Source: a virus (lineage: Duplodnaviria > Caudoviricetes). From it: 64,000 nucleotides of DNA. A model generated the notes under the pieces. That model was given only the letters and a program-made list of their open reading frames with translations. It had not been told where the DNA came from and ran no database searches. The stretch is taken from the IMG/VR virus record IMGVR_UViG_3300031555_001696; one strand, given 5' to 3'. The position numbers and the translations under genes are program-made. Shown in pieces: positions 17,282 to 25,308 of this stretch. Position 1 is the stretch's first letter; each line of letters opens with the position of its first letter.

Positions 17282-17935
17282 ATGACTACTGAAAAGATGA
17301 CTGTACATCGCGCCCTGTCTGAACTCAAGGTAATTGATGATCGTATCTCTAAGGCGATCCGTGAAACCACCTATGTTTTAGCAGTTAAGCACTCTGCCGA
17401 AAAGATCAACGGCAAGACTGTTCAGAACTTCAAGGAAGATATGCGTAGCGGCTACCAGAAGGTTACCGATCTAATTGCTCGTCGTGATGCAATGAAGAGA
17501 GCGGTTGTGCTTTCCAACGCAACTACCAAGGTTACCATCGGTGGTAAGGAAATGACTGTGGCTGAAGCCATTGAACAACATAACCACGGAATGGAATTCA
17601 AGGCAGCTCTACTGCGCCAGATGAACTCTGCTTATGTTTCTGCTCAGAACGAACTGAACCGTAATGGTGGTGAGGCTCTGGAAAAGAAGGCAGAACAGTA
17701 TGTGCTAGCAGTGATTGCCGCACAACCCAAGGAATCTAAGATGTCTGTTGACAGCGATGTAATGAAGGCACTTCGCAAGACTTACATCGAGAACAATACT
17801 TATGATCTTGTAGATCCTATGGATATTGCAAAGGTCATTGAGGCTCTGGATGTTGAAATCAATGAGTTCAATGCAGAAGTTGACGCTGCACTAAGCTGCT
17901 CAAATGCACTAACTGTTATTGAGTTCGAGTATTAA
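17282..17935 (+). CDS. Helical/coiled-coil protein, DIP1984/septicolysin-like by recall
   Basis: MTVHRALSELK...SNATTKVTIGGKEMTVAEAIE...DAALSCSNALTVIEFEY; GGAGG RBS before ATG 17282. Confidence 0.6.
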   Translation: MTTEKMTVHRALSELKVIDDRISKAIRETTYVLAVKHSAEKINGKTVQNFKEDMRSGYQKVTDLIARRDAMKRAVVLSNATTKVTIGGKEMTVAEAIEQHNHGMEFKAALLRQMNSAYVSAQNELNRNGGEALEKKAEQYVLAVIAAQPKESKMSVDSDVMKALRKTYIENNTYDLVDPMDIAKVIEALDVEINEFNAEVDAALSCSNALTVIEFEY

Positions 17936-17942
17936 GTAAACT

Positions 17943-18371
17943 AACTTGCTGCTTAACGAAAACTTTAAACGACTGCTTATCTCTTCTTTTTTAATCATTT
18001 AGAGTGATATTAATAAGGTAAAGAAAATGATTACTAATAGCCTTCAAGGCACAAGCCTGCTAAGCTTACTAAAAACAATGATCTTTTATGATGAGAAGAT
18101 TATTATTACAATACATAATATTATTGGATATGTATATTAATAATGAAATTGACTGTAAAGATTAACGTTAAAAGCTCAAGGTTTAAGGCTCAAGACTCAA
18201 GGTTTATTTTTAGTCAAAGGTCGTTCATTAAAGATATAAAGAGGGCTAAGAAATTTCGAATATTATTGTAATACGAATCGAGCCCACAAAGTTTTGCAAA
18301 ATCCACGATTATAGGTTTGGGTTAGTAGTCTAGGCCCTAAAGTTGACCTCGTGGCTGTTAAGTAGCAAGTT
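17943..18371 (+). ncRNA. ~430-nt structured ncRNA with internal heptamer tandem repeat
   Basis: 15-bp closing stem AACTTGCTGCTTAAC/GTTAAGTAGCAAGTT; GACTGCT/AGTAGTC and CCACGA/TCGTGG helices; 7 heptads at 18157-18205. Confidence 0.6.
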
Positions 18372-18400
18372 CGAAATAATCCAAAGGAGGATATTTGCTT

Positions 18401-18448
18401 ATGATTGTATTCGCTAAATCCAACTTGGAGGAAAATCCGCCCAACTAA
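18401..18448 (+). CDS. 15-aa micro-peptide copy 2 (MIVFAKSNLEENPPN)
   Basis: GGAGG RBS; homologous to 15830-15877. Confidence 0.55.
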   Translation: MIVFAKSNLEENPPN

Positions 18449-18485
18449 GCGGCGTCCTGGGCATGACGTTACAACTGCCCAATAT

Positions 18486-18562
18486 TGCGGAGTGGAGCAG
18501 TTGGTAGCTCGTTAGCCTCATAAGCTAAAGGTCGTTGGTTCAAGTCCAACCTCTCGCAACCA
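18486..18562 (+). tRNA. tRNA-Met (CAT), fMet-like scaffold
   Basis: TGCGGAGTGGAGCAGTTGGTAGCTCG, TTAGC-CT CAT AA-GCTAA, CGCAACCA; one bulged nt in acceptor; lacks the three G-C anticodon pairs. Confidence 0.8.
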
Positions 18563-18565
18563 AAT

Positions 18566-18658
18566 GCCGGGGTATTCGAACTGGAACAGAAAACAGACTT
18601 AAAATCTGTCGGTGCGATCACATCAAGCTTGCGGGTCCGAATCCCGTCCCCGGTACCA
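18566..18658 (+). tRNA. tRNA-Leu (TAA)
   Basis: GCCGGGG/CCCCGGT, ACAGA-CT TAA AA-TCTGT, long variable arm, ACCA. Confidence 0.85.
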
Positions 18659-18661
18659 TAT

Positions 18662-18745
18662 ACAGGTGTGCGTGGAATTGGTAGACAGGACGGTCTCAAA
18701 ATCCGTTGTTTATACGTGTGGGTTCAAGTCCCACCACCTGTACCA
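18662..18745 (+). tRNA. tRNA-Leu (CAA)
   Basis: ACAGGTG/CACCTGT, CT CAA AA loop, GTGGG-TTCAAGT-CCCAC, ACCA. Confidence 0.85.
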
Positions 18746-18829
18746 CCTGAACAAATGGCATAGTGTTATGTGTGGCTGACCAACCTTAAGGTCATTAACA
18801 TTAACTTTTTAAAGGAGAAATTAAACAAA

Positions 18830-19105
18830 ATGGAATGGTTTAAGCACAAGAAGCCGGTTGATTTTATCGAATCTAAGATGTCTAAGCTACATGCTCTACA
18901 GGACGAATCTAATGACGCAATTGATCTTGTTAGTCGTACAATTAAGCGACTCGAACTTGCCAATCAGGAAACATTAAACACTATTAGCGAGATTGATGAT
19001 TATTGTTCAAGCCTACAAGATGTACGTGACAGTTTGAATAAAAATTATACTCACAATTCCGCTGTTATCTCTAATTTTTCTAAGCTCATTGAAGTAGAAA
19101 ATTAA
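18830..19105 (+). CDS. Coiled-coil hypothetical protein
   Basis: AAGGAG RBS before MEWFKHKK. Confidence 0.65.
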   Translation: MEWFKHKKPVDFIESKMSKLHALQDESNDAIDLVSRTIKRLELANQETLNTISEIDDYCSSLQDVRDSLNKNYTHNSAVISNFSKLIEVEN

Positions 19106-19142
19106 ATTAAATATAGGGGTGTTAACTACGCCCCTAATCTAT

Positions 19143-19217
19143 GCTGGTATAGCTCAGCGGCAGAGCGACGGATTTGTAATCCGTAGGTCGGGATCTCGGA
19201 ATTCCCTACCAGCTCCA
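19143..19217 (+). tRNA. tRNA-Thr (TGT), atypical T-loop
   Basis: GCTGGTA/TACCAGC, ACGGA-TT TGT AA-TCCGT, TCCA. Confidence 0.85.
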
Positions 19218-19244
19218 TCATTAAATAAAAGGCAGGTAACAAAA

Positions 19245-19451
19245 ATGCATAACGAACAGATAGCAATTGAACGACAGAGCATGCAAGATGAAATTCTAAG
19301 ACTTAAAACTATGTTGCAGGACATGGAGACAGACTGGGCGGAATGTGCCAGAACAGGAAAATCTCAGTGTTTCTTCTGTGCTTATGACGACACTTGCGAT
19401 GGGCGAGATTGCAATTTTGTTTGGTTGCCAACACAACTAAGGAGGAAGTAA
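19245..19451 (+). CDS. Hypothetical Cys-containing protein
   Basis: Start re-assigned to ATG 19245 downstream of tRNA-Thr. Confidence 0.55.
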   Translation: MHNEQIAIERQSMQDEILRLKTMLQDMETDWAECARTGKSQCFFCAYDDTCDGRDCNFVWLPTQLRRK

Positions 19452-19452
19452 T

Positions 19453-19578
19453 ATGACTACTATCGAAGCACTAAAAGTACGCATTAACATTCTACAGAAT
19501 AGAGATCCTGTAACTAATGAAAAAATCATTCGGAAGCTGCGCAGACGAGTTCGTGCATTGGAGAAGACCAATGCGTGA
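19453..19578 (+). CDS. Small basic protein (41 aa)
   Basis: GGAGG RBS; MTTIEALKVRINILQNRDPVTNEKIIRKLRRRVRALEKTNA. Confidence 0.65.
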   Translation: MTTIEALKVRINILQNRDPVTNEKIIRKLRRRVRALEKTNA

Positions 19579-19765
19579 TCTAGAACATCCAGAGATTACA
19601 TGTGCTCTTCAGACGGGCTACCCATCATGGGCTCAACCCAAAGAATATAACTGTGAAAACTGCGGATGCGATTTATATCTTGATGAAATTTATGACGACT
19701 TACACCACGATTATTTGTGTGAAGAATGTCTATTGCAACTTCATCGTAAACGCCTGTGGGAGTAA
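19571..19765 (+). CDS. Small zinc-finger protein
   Basis: GGAG RBS; CENC...CEEC. Confidence 0.65.
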   Translation: MRDLEHPEITCALQTGYPSWAQPKEYNCENCGCDLYLDEIYDDLHHDYLCEECLLQLHRKRLWE

Positions 19766-19848
19766 TCCTGCAGGCTATTTTTATACTTGACAAATTCAAA
19801 ATATATGCTATAATAACAATACAAAATTAATGTAAGGAGGTAATTCAA

Positions 19849-20334
19849 ATACAAACTTTATATCATTATATATATTTAGGACTAATTAAGGTAATTGACA
19901 ACATAGTTACTACGGAGAAATCCCTGTTAACGCACCAAAACAAAGCGCTCGCTGCATCAATTCTAGTGGCAGTTTCGCAGTTTCTCTTCTACGTTCTTAT
20001 CAAAGAGGTTGTAGCAGATAGTAATCTAATTTCTATGATAGTGGTATCAGTTGCGTCTGGCATTGGTAGTTATATTGCATTTGGTATCAACAACAAATTC
20101 TCAAAGGAAACCGTGTACATTAACATCGTTACATCTAACGATAAAAATCAGATGAAGAGTTTTGCTGATCATATGAGAGCGGAGGGCATTAAGGTGGTTA
20201 CAGTGCCTACTTATGGCGACGATATTGAAAGAACACTAACTGCTCTTATTTTTGCTAATACACGGTATCAGTCAAAAATGATTGACAAATATGTTGAAAA
20301 TCATGCAGAGCTTTTTAGGGAGGTAATAAATTAA
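19849..20334 (+). CDS. DUF2179/DUF5698-like membrane protein, probable non-AUG start
   Basis: Frame open and family-like from ATA 19849, 8 nt after AAGGAGG. Confidence 0.6.
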   Translation: MQTLYHYIYLGLIKVIDNIVTTEKSLLTHQNKALAASILVAVSQFLFYVLIKEVVADSNLISMIVVSVASGIGSYIAFGINNKFSKETVYINIVTSNDKNQMKSFADHMRAEGIKVVTVPTYGDDIERTLTALIFANTRYQSKMIDKYVENHAELFREVIN

Positions 20335-21426
20335 ATGGGAATTTATATGGATCACGCCGCTACAACGCCAATTTGCGAGGCAGCGAAAAGGGTAATAATG
20401 ACTTATATGAATGACTTCGGTAATCCGTCTAGTCAACACGAGCTTGGTAGACAGGCTAGAGTTCTAATTGAAGATGCCAGAGAAAGAATTGCTAAGTGTA
20501 TTAACGCCGAACCAAACGAAATATACTTCACGAGTGGAGGCTCTGAAGCCAATTCATTGGTTGTAAATAATTATATTACTTTGTCTTCAAATTTTGAGCA
20601 TCATTCTTTAAATGCGCATTGTAAAAATGCATACATTGATAAAAATGGTTTTGTTGATACACAATTTTTCAGCACTATTTGTCATCCAAATGCATCATAT
20701 TTTGAATTAGAATCTTGTATGATGGTTAATAACGAAATTGGAACAATACAACCTATTAAAAATATTACAAACATTGCACATGGAAAACATATGCTATTCC
20801 ACACTGATGCAGTACAAGCAGTAGGACACATTCCCATTGACATTAAAGACATAAACTGTGATTTTCTCTCTGCCTCAGCCCACAAATTTGGTGGGCCAAA
20901 AGGTATTGGATTTATTTATATAAAAAATGGTGTAAAAATTGAACCTATTATTCATGGTGGTAGGCAAGAATCTGGATTAAGAGGCGGAACAGAAAATGTT
21001 CTTGGTATTATTGCCATGGCTGCAGCACTTGAAGATGCAGTAGAACATATGGAAGAACGCAATGCATACATAAAAGACTTAAGAGACAGATTGTTAGATA
21101 TGCTTCTACAAATCCCTGGTTCACATCTTAACGGTTCGCTTGAAAATCGTGTTCCTGGCAATATAAACATCCGTTTTTCAGGGGTTTCTGGAGCGAGATT
21201 GGTAACACTGTGTAGTTTGTATGGTATTTACATTTCCTCTGGATCGGCCTGCAATGAGGGGATTTCTGAGCCTAGTCATGTTCTTAAAGCAATCGGCTTG
21301 AACGACGAAGAAGCTCTGAGCAGTATCCGCATCACTCTTGGACATACAAATACAGAAGAAGAAATTAATACAGCAGCAAACATTCTTACATCATTAGTTG
21401 AAAGGATTAGAGATGAAAACACATAA
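20335..21426 (+). CDS. iscS: Cysteine desulfurase (IscS/NifS)
   Basis: YMDHAATTP, GNPSS, FTSGGSEAN, HTDAVQA, SAHKFGGPKG, SSGSAC. Confidence 0.95.
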   Translation: MGIYMDHAATTPICEAAKRVIMTYMNDFGNPSSQHELGRQARVLIEDARERIAKCINAEPNEIYFTSGGSEANSLVVNNYITLSSNFEHHSLNAHCKNAYIDKNGFVDTQFFSTICHPNASYFELESCMMVNNEIGTIQPIKNITNIAHGKHMLFHTDAVQAVGHIPIDIKDINCDFLSASAHKFGGPKGIGFIYIKNGVKIEPIIHGGRQESGLRGGTENVLGIIAMAAALEDAVEHMEERNAYIKDLRDRLLDMLLQIPGSHLNGSLENRVPGNINIRFSGVSGARLVTLCSLYGIYISSGSACNEGISEPSHVLKAIGLNDEEALSSIRITLGHTNTEEEINTAANILTSLVERIRDENT

Positions 21427-22114
21427 CGTACTTTGGAGCATTATTATAGTAATCTGTATTGTCATTCCTTTAATGGCTTCAATCTATTGGGAAAAACAAT
21501 GTCACATTATTGAAGCACAGCTGGTGGAGTCTCACAACACTCATATCTCTGAACTTCATAAGTTAGATCAAAAATGTGATGGTCTGCTAGATGATATCAA
21601 GATTTTGGACGAACAGCTTATTGCTAAGAGCAACCTACTAAATGAAGTCCAAGAAAAGCTTGAACAGGCTAATATACTTATCGATGCATATAAATCGGAA
21701 AAATACTTCGTGTCTTATATAGTAACAGAACAAGAAATTGAAATGATTGCACAGACAATATGGGGCGAGGCTAGAGGGCTTAATACATATGAACAATCCT
21801 TGGTGATCTGGTGCATTTTAAATCGTGTAGATGATGGAACATGGGGTAATACAGTTGCAGAGGTCGTCACGGCAAAGTCTCAGTTTCACGGGTATAGTAA
21901 TAGCCATCCGATTACAGATGAACATAAAGCTCTAGCTCGGGACGTTGTAACACGGTGGCAGATGGAAAAATATTGCCAGGGCAATGTTGGAAGAACGCTT
22001 CCGCAAGAATACCTTTATTTCCATTCTGAACATGGACATAATGTCTTTACAAGCAACTATCGTCGTCCGTACAACACTTATGATTACAGCTCTGGTTTTA
22101 ATCCTTACTCTTGA
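21413..22114 (+). CDS. Cell wall hydrolase (SleB/Hydrolase_2) with N-terminal TM and coiled coil
   Basis: IAQTIWGEARG...VIWCILNRV...VVTAKSQFHGY. Confidence 0.8.
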   Translation: MKTHNVLWSIIIVICIVIPLMASIYWEKQCHIIEAQLVESHNTHISELHKLDQKCDGLLDDIKILDEQLIAKSNLLNEVQEKLEQANILIDAYKSEKYFVSYIVTEQEIEMIAQTIWGEARGLNTYEQSLVIWCILNRVDDGTWGNTVAEVVTAKSQFHGYSNSHPITDEHKALARDVVTRWQMEKYCQGNVGRTLPQEYLYFHSEHGHNVFTSNYRRPYNTYDYSSGFNPYS

Positions 22115-22208
22115 CAATACGAAATTAATGTGATATAATATAAACACAAAAGACCACAGGGGCCAATATAGGAGAAATCTTATATTGGCCTTTTTTAAGG
22201 AGATTATT

Positions 22209-22352
22209 ATGGTAGATAAGAACAAGAAGAAGGAAGAAGCGAAGAGTCAGCGTAACTTGTGGACTATGAATCCTGTTACACGCATTGTTGAAAGCAGAAA
22301 GAAGTATAAACGCAGTAAGGATCGCAAAGATAGGAAGTTATATGAGGATTAA
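22209..22352 (+). CDS. Small basic protein (47 aa)
   Basis: AAGGAG RBS, own promoter 22111-22139; RNLWTMNPVTRIVESRKKYKRSK. Confidence 0.65.
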   Translation: MVDKNKKKEEAKSQRNLWTMNPVTRIVESRKKYKRSKDRKDRKLYED

Positions 22353-22354
22353 TC

Positions 22355-22771
22355 ATGAAGCTTACAAAATCACATAGGGCTTATTTTAAGGCTGCAAAAA
22401 GCATGAGCGAATTGTCAGACTTTAAACAGCATCACATCGGAGCCGTCGCCGTATCTGGGCATAAAATTATTTCATCTGGATATAATTCTTATAAAACTAA
22501 TCCAACACAGAAGCGTCTTAATGTTCATAGATTTAATGCAGATACTCCGGCTACGCTTCATGCTGAACTAAGTTGTCTTTTGCCGTTAATTAATCGTCGA
22601 GACATAGACTTTAGTGATGTGTCGATCTATGTTTATCGAGAATATAAAAATGGAGATCTGGCACTTGCAAAACCGTGTGCGTCGTGCATGGCACTATTGA
22701 GAAGCCTGAAAATTAGACACATATATTATACCGGAGACGGTAGCTATATTAACGAAGAAATTATTTATTAA
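22355..22771 (+). CDS. Zinc-dependent cytidine/dCMP deaminase-like protein
   Basis: HIGAV...SSGYN...LHAE...KPCASC. Confidence 0.85.
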   Translation: MKLTKSHRAYFKAAKSMSELSDFKQHHIGAVAVSGHKIISSGYNSYKTNPTQKRLNVHRFNADTPATLHAELSCLLPLINRRDIDFSDVSIYVYREYKNGDLALAKPCASCMALLRSLKIRHIYYTGDGSYINEEIIY

Positions 22772-22785
22772 AGGAGAATAAAAAA

Positions 22786-22947
22786 ATGAGCCAGCAAGAT
22801 TATTTTGAAGACATGTGCAAACGTTGTTTTATTCGTAACACAAATCTCACTAAGAAAGAGATCAAAAAGATTGTTTTGAGCGAAGAGCGTTATCGGTGTA
22901 GTTGTTGCGGGAAAACAGATTTTATCGTTGAATATGTGGAGGAATGA
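22786..22947 (+). CDS. Small Cys-rich protein (53 aa)
   Basis: AAGGAG RBS; CKRC...CSCCG. Confidence 0.6.
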   Translation: MSQQDYFEDMCKRCFIRNTNLTKKEIKKIVLSEERYRCSCCGKTDFIVEYVEE

Positions 22948-22950
22948 GTA

Positions 22951-23361
22951 ATGGCAGAAATTCTAGGACAGGGTACACTATATAAAGCATTTAAGGAACT
23001 TGGCATTGAGGCAACCAGAACATATAAGGGTAGCGAAAAGCCTTATTATCAGGTATGGGAGCTATCAAAGGAAGATTGTAAGAGACTTGAGTACGAATCT
23101 GAGTGGAATGACGAATGGGGTTGGTTTTGTTACTCTAACGGCGAGCACCGCGGCACAGCTTACGATTTCCTAACTATTAATGGTGTTGATGTTATTGCGT
23201 GGCAGGAGGATTGCAAGAAAGATACTTTTGAATGCCTTACTGATTATTTTAAGGATTGCCTTGGCGTTACCGACGGTAGACAGATGGCTTCGTATTCTGT
23301 GTATTTGGCAAAGACGAACGGTTGGTCATTAAGCGATTTATGGAAGAAGCTAGAAAGTTAA
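22951..23361 (+). CDS. Hypothetical protein
   Basis: GGAGG RBS. Confidence 0.7.
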   Translation: MAEILGQGTLYKAFKELGIEATRTYKGSEKPYYQVWELSKEDCKRLEYESEWNDEWGWFCYSNGEHRGTAYDFLTINGVDVIAWQEDCKKDTFECLTDYFKDCLGVTDGRQMASYSVYLAKTNGWSLSDLWKKLES

Positions 23362-23376
23362 AGGAGTTATTATATT

Positions 23377-23832
23377 ATGACTACAGCAGAATGTAAGTTA
23401 GAAACAATTAAGCATATTGAAAATGTTAGAAAATATATTAGAATTTTCACAGATTCACTTACAAATCGTGGCATTAAGCATGATGCGTCTAAGTTGGAGA
23501 ACCCTGAGGTAGAAGCGTTTACTAAATGCACTCCAAAGCTCGCTAAGTTAACTTATGGTACGCCCGAATACAATGAATCATTAAATGAATTAGATACTGC
23601 ACTTCAGCATCATTACGCATGTAATCGCCATCATCCAGAACATTTCAGTAAGGGCATTGATGATATGACTTTAATCGACATTGTAGAGATGTTATGCGAC
23701 TGGAAGGCTGCAAGTATTAGACAGCATGATGGTAACTTATTGAAATCCATTGAGATTAATGCACAAAGATTTGGTTATGACGATCAACTAAAACGGATTT
23801 TTATTAACACGGCTAAAATTTTGGATGAATAA
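23377..23832 (+). CDS. HD-like DUF5662-family protein
   Basis: KHI...KHDASKL...HHYACNRHHPEH...EMLCDWKAA. Confidence 0.75.
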   Translation: MTTAECKLETIKHIENVRKYIRIFTDSLTNRGIKHDASKLENPEVEAFTKCTPKLAKLTYGTPEYNESLNELDTALQHHYACNRHHPEHFSKGIDDMTLIDIVEMLCDWKAASIRQHDGNLLKSIEINAQRFGYDDQLKRIFINTAKILDE

Positions 23833-23846
23833 AACAGTTAAATGGA

Positions 23847-24416
23847 GTGATAATTATGGGAAAGCAGTTTTATATTGCTGATTGGCATTATGGGCACGCA
23901 AATTGTATTGCATTTGACAATAGGCCGTTCAAGAATGTTCAAGAAATGAACGAAGAACTCATTGAGCGTTGGAATAAGGCTGTTACTGATTATGACACTG
24001 TCTATATTCTTGGTGATATGTTTTGGTGCAATTGGAAGGATGCACTACCTGTTTTGGACCAGTTACACGGTAGAAAGATCCTAATTAAGGGCAATCACGA
24101 CAGATGTAACGAAAGCCAGTTTGTAAAAAAGTTTAGTAAGATTGTGGATTATTTGGAGATTAAGGATAATGATCGCAATGTCGTTCTTTGTCATTATCCA
24201 ATTCCTTGTTTTAAGAATCACTTTTACGGCTGGTTTCATGCATATGGGCATGTACATAATTCTTTTGAAGCAAATATGATGGAACACAATAAATATCTAA
24301 TGGAAGAACTTTATGGCAAGCAGTGTCAAATGTTTAATGTCGGCGCAATGATGCCATATATGGACTATACGCCTCGAACTTTGGACGAGATTTTATCGGC
24401 ACAGGAGGATAAATAA
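23847..24416 (+). CDS. Metallophosphoesterase
   Basis: ADWHYGH, LGD, GNHD, CHYP, GHVH. Confidence 0.9.
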   Translation: MIIMGKQFYIADWHYGHANCIAFDNRPFKNVQEMNEELIERWNKAVTDYDTVYILGDMFWCNWKDALPVLDQLHGRKILIKGNHDRCNESQFVKKFSKIVDYLEIKDNDRNVVLCHYPIPCFKNHFYGWFHAYGHVHNSFEANMMEHNKYLMEELYGKQCQMFNVGAMMPYMDYTPRTLDEILSAQEDK

Positions 24417-24739
24417 TGTTGAATGTATATGATAGAATAAAAGAAATTGTTTTTGACAACGGAATAAATATTATTTGTGGACAGTGGCCTGTTGAAATTA
24501 AGGATTATGAAGATTATTTCATTATTGAAACACAGGCAGAAATTGGGGATATTTCTCGTGGATGGCTTGGTAATGTTAAGTTTATATTGACGGGTAATAG
24601 TTTTGATGAAACTTCTTGTATGTCAGAAAAAAGCGTTAGCAAAAAGGTTGAGTACAAAGATGTATTATGCGTTCGTTGTACTTTTGATTTGATATCCGAT
24701 TGTGTAGTATCGTGGCAATATACTTTTAATAAATATTGA
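24416..24739 (+). CDS. Hypothetical protein
   Basis: GGAGG RBS, TAATG coupling. Confidence 0.6.
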   Translation: MLNVYDRIKEIVFDNGINIICGQWPVEIKDYEDYFIIETQAEIGDISRGWLGNVKFILTGNSFDETSCMSEKSVSKKVEYKDVLCVRCTFDLISDCVVSWQYTFNKY

Positions 24740-24834
24740 CTAAAATTCACAAATGGCCAGGAGAAATCTTGGATATTTTGCCAACTTGATTTTTGGAAAA
24801 TATGTGGTATTATAACAGTACAAAATGAATTGAG

Positions 24835-25308
24835 GTGATTGATGTGGGTACCAATTTCTATATGATTACTAAGAATAAAAAAATGGCAGAAAAATATGCA
24901 CCATATTCTTATGAGCTGACAGACAGACCATATTTTGGTTATGAAATTCACGTAGCTAAGACTTCATGTGGTTGGCTTCCTCTTTTTCAAGGGCACAGGG
25001 ATGGCATCAATTCTGTGCGTGAATATAAGACGGCGTACAAAACGGGCGAATTTGAAATCGTAGATGAATATGGCAACATTTATACATGGGAAGAATTTGA
25101 TAAACGGGTGTTGCAGTTTAACGGCGGTATTCGAGGAGTTGCACCTATAATTACAATAGAAGTAGATAAAAATTCTAGATGGTATGATCCAAGAATGCCA
25201 GATTGCACTCCAGTAAGTCATTTTGAATATAAATATGGTTATTATTCTGCAAACGATTACTTTACAGACGAAGATGGATATGAATTTGACAGAAGGGAAT
25301 TTTCATAA
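24835..25308 (+). CDS. Hypothetical phage protein
   Basis: GTNFY...IHVAKTSCGW...IVDEYG...EFS. Confidence 0.7.
   Translation: MIDVGTNFYMITKNKKMAEKYAPYSYELTDRPYFGYEIHVAKTSCGWLPLFQGHRDGINSVREYKTAYKTGEFEIVDEYGNIYTWEEFDKRVLQFNGGIRGVAPIITIEVDKNSRWYDPRMPDCTPVSHFEYKYGYYSANDYFTDEDGYEFDRREFS

Noticed and set aside
18157-18205. Heptamer array, or the intergenic repeats, as a CRISPR array
   Set aside because: No constant 25-45-nt repeats with unique spacers; no cas genes
18401-18448. Micro-peptide EENPP as a 2A/StopGo element
   Set aside because: Lacks the essential NPG-P, and 2A skipping is not known on bacterial ribosomes
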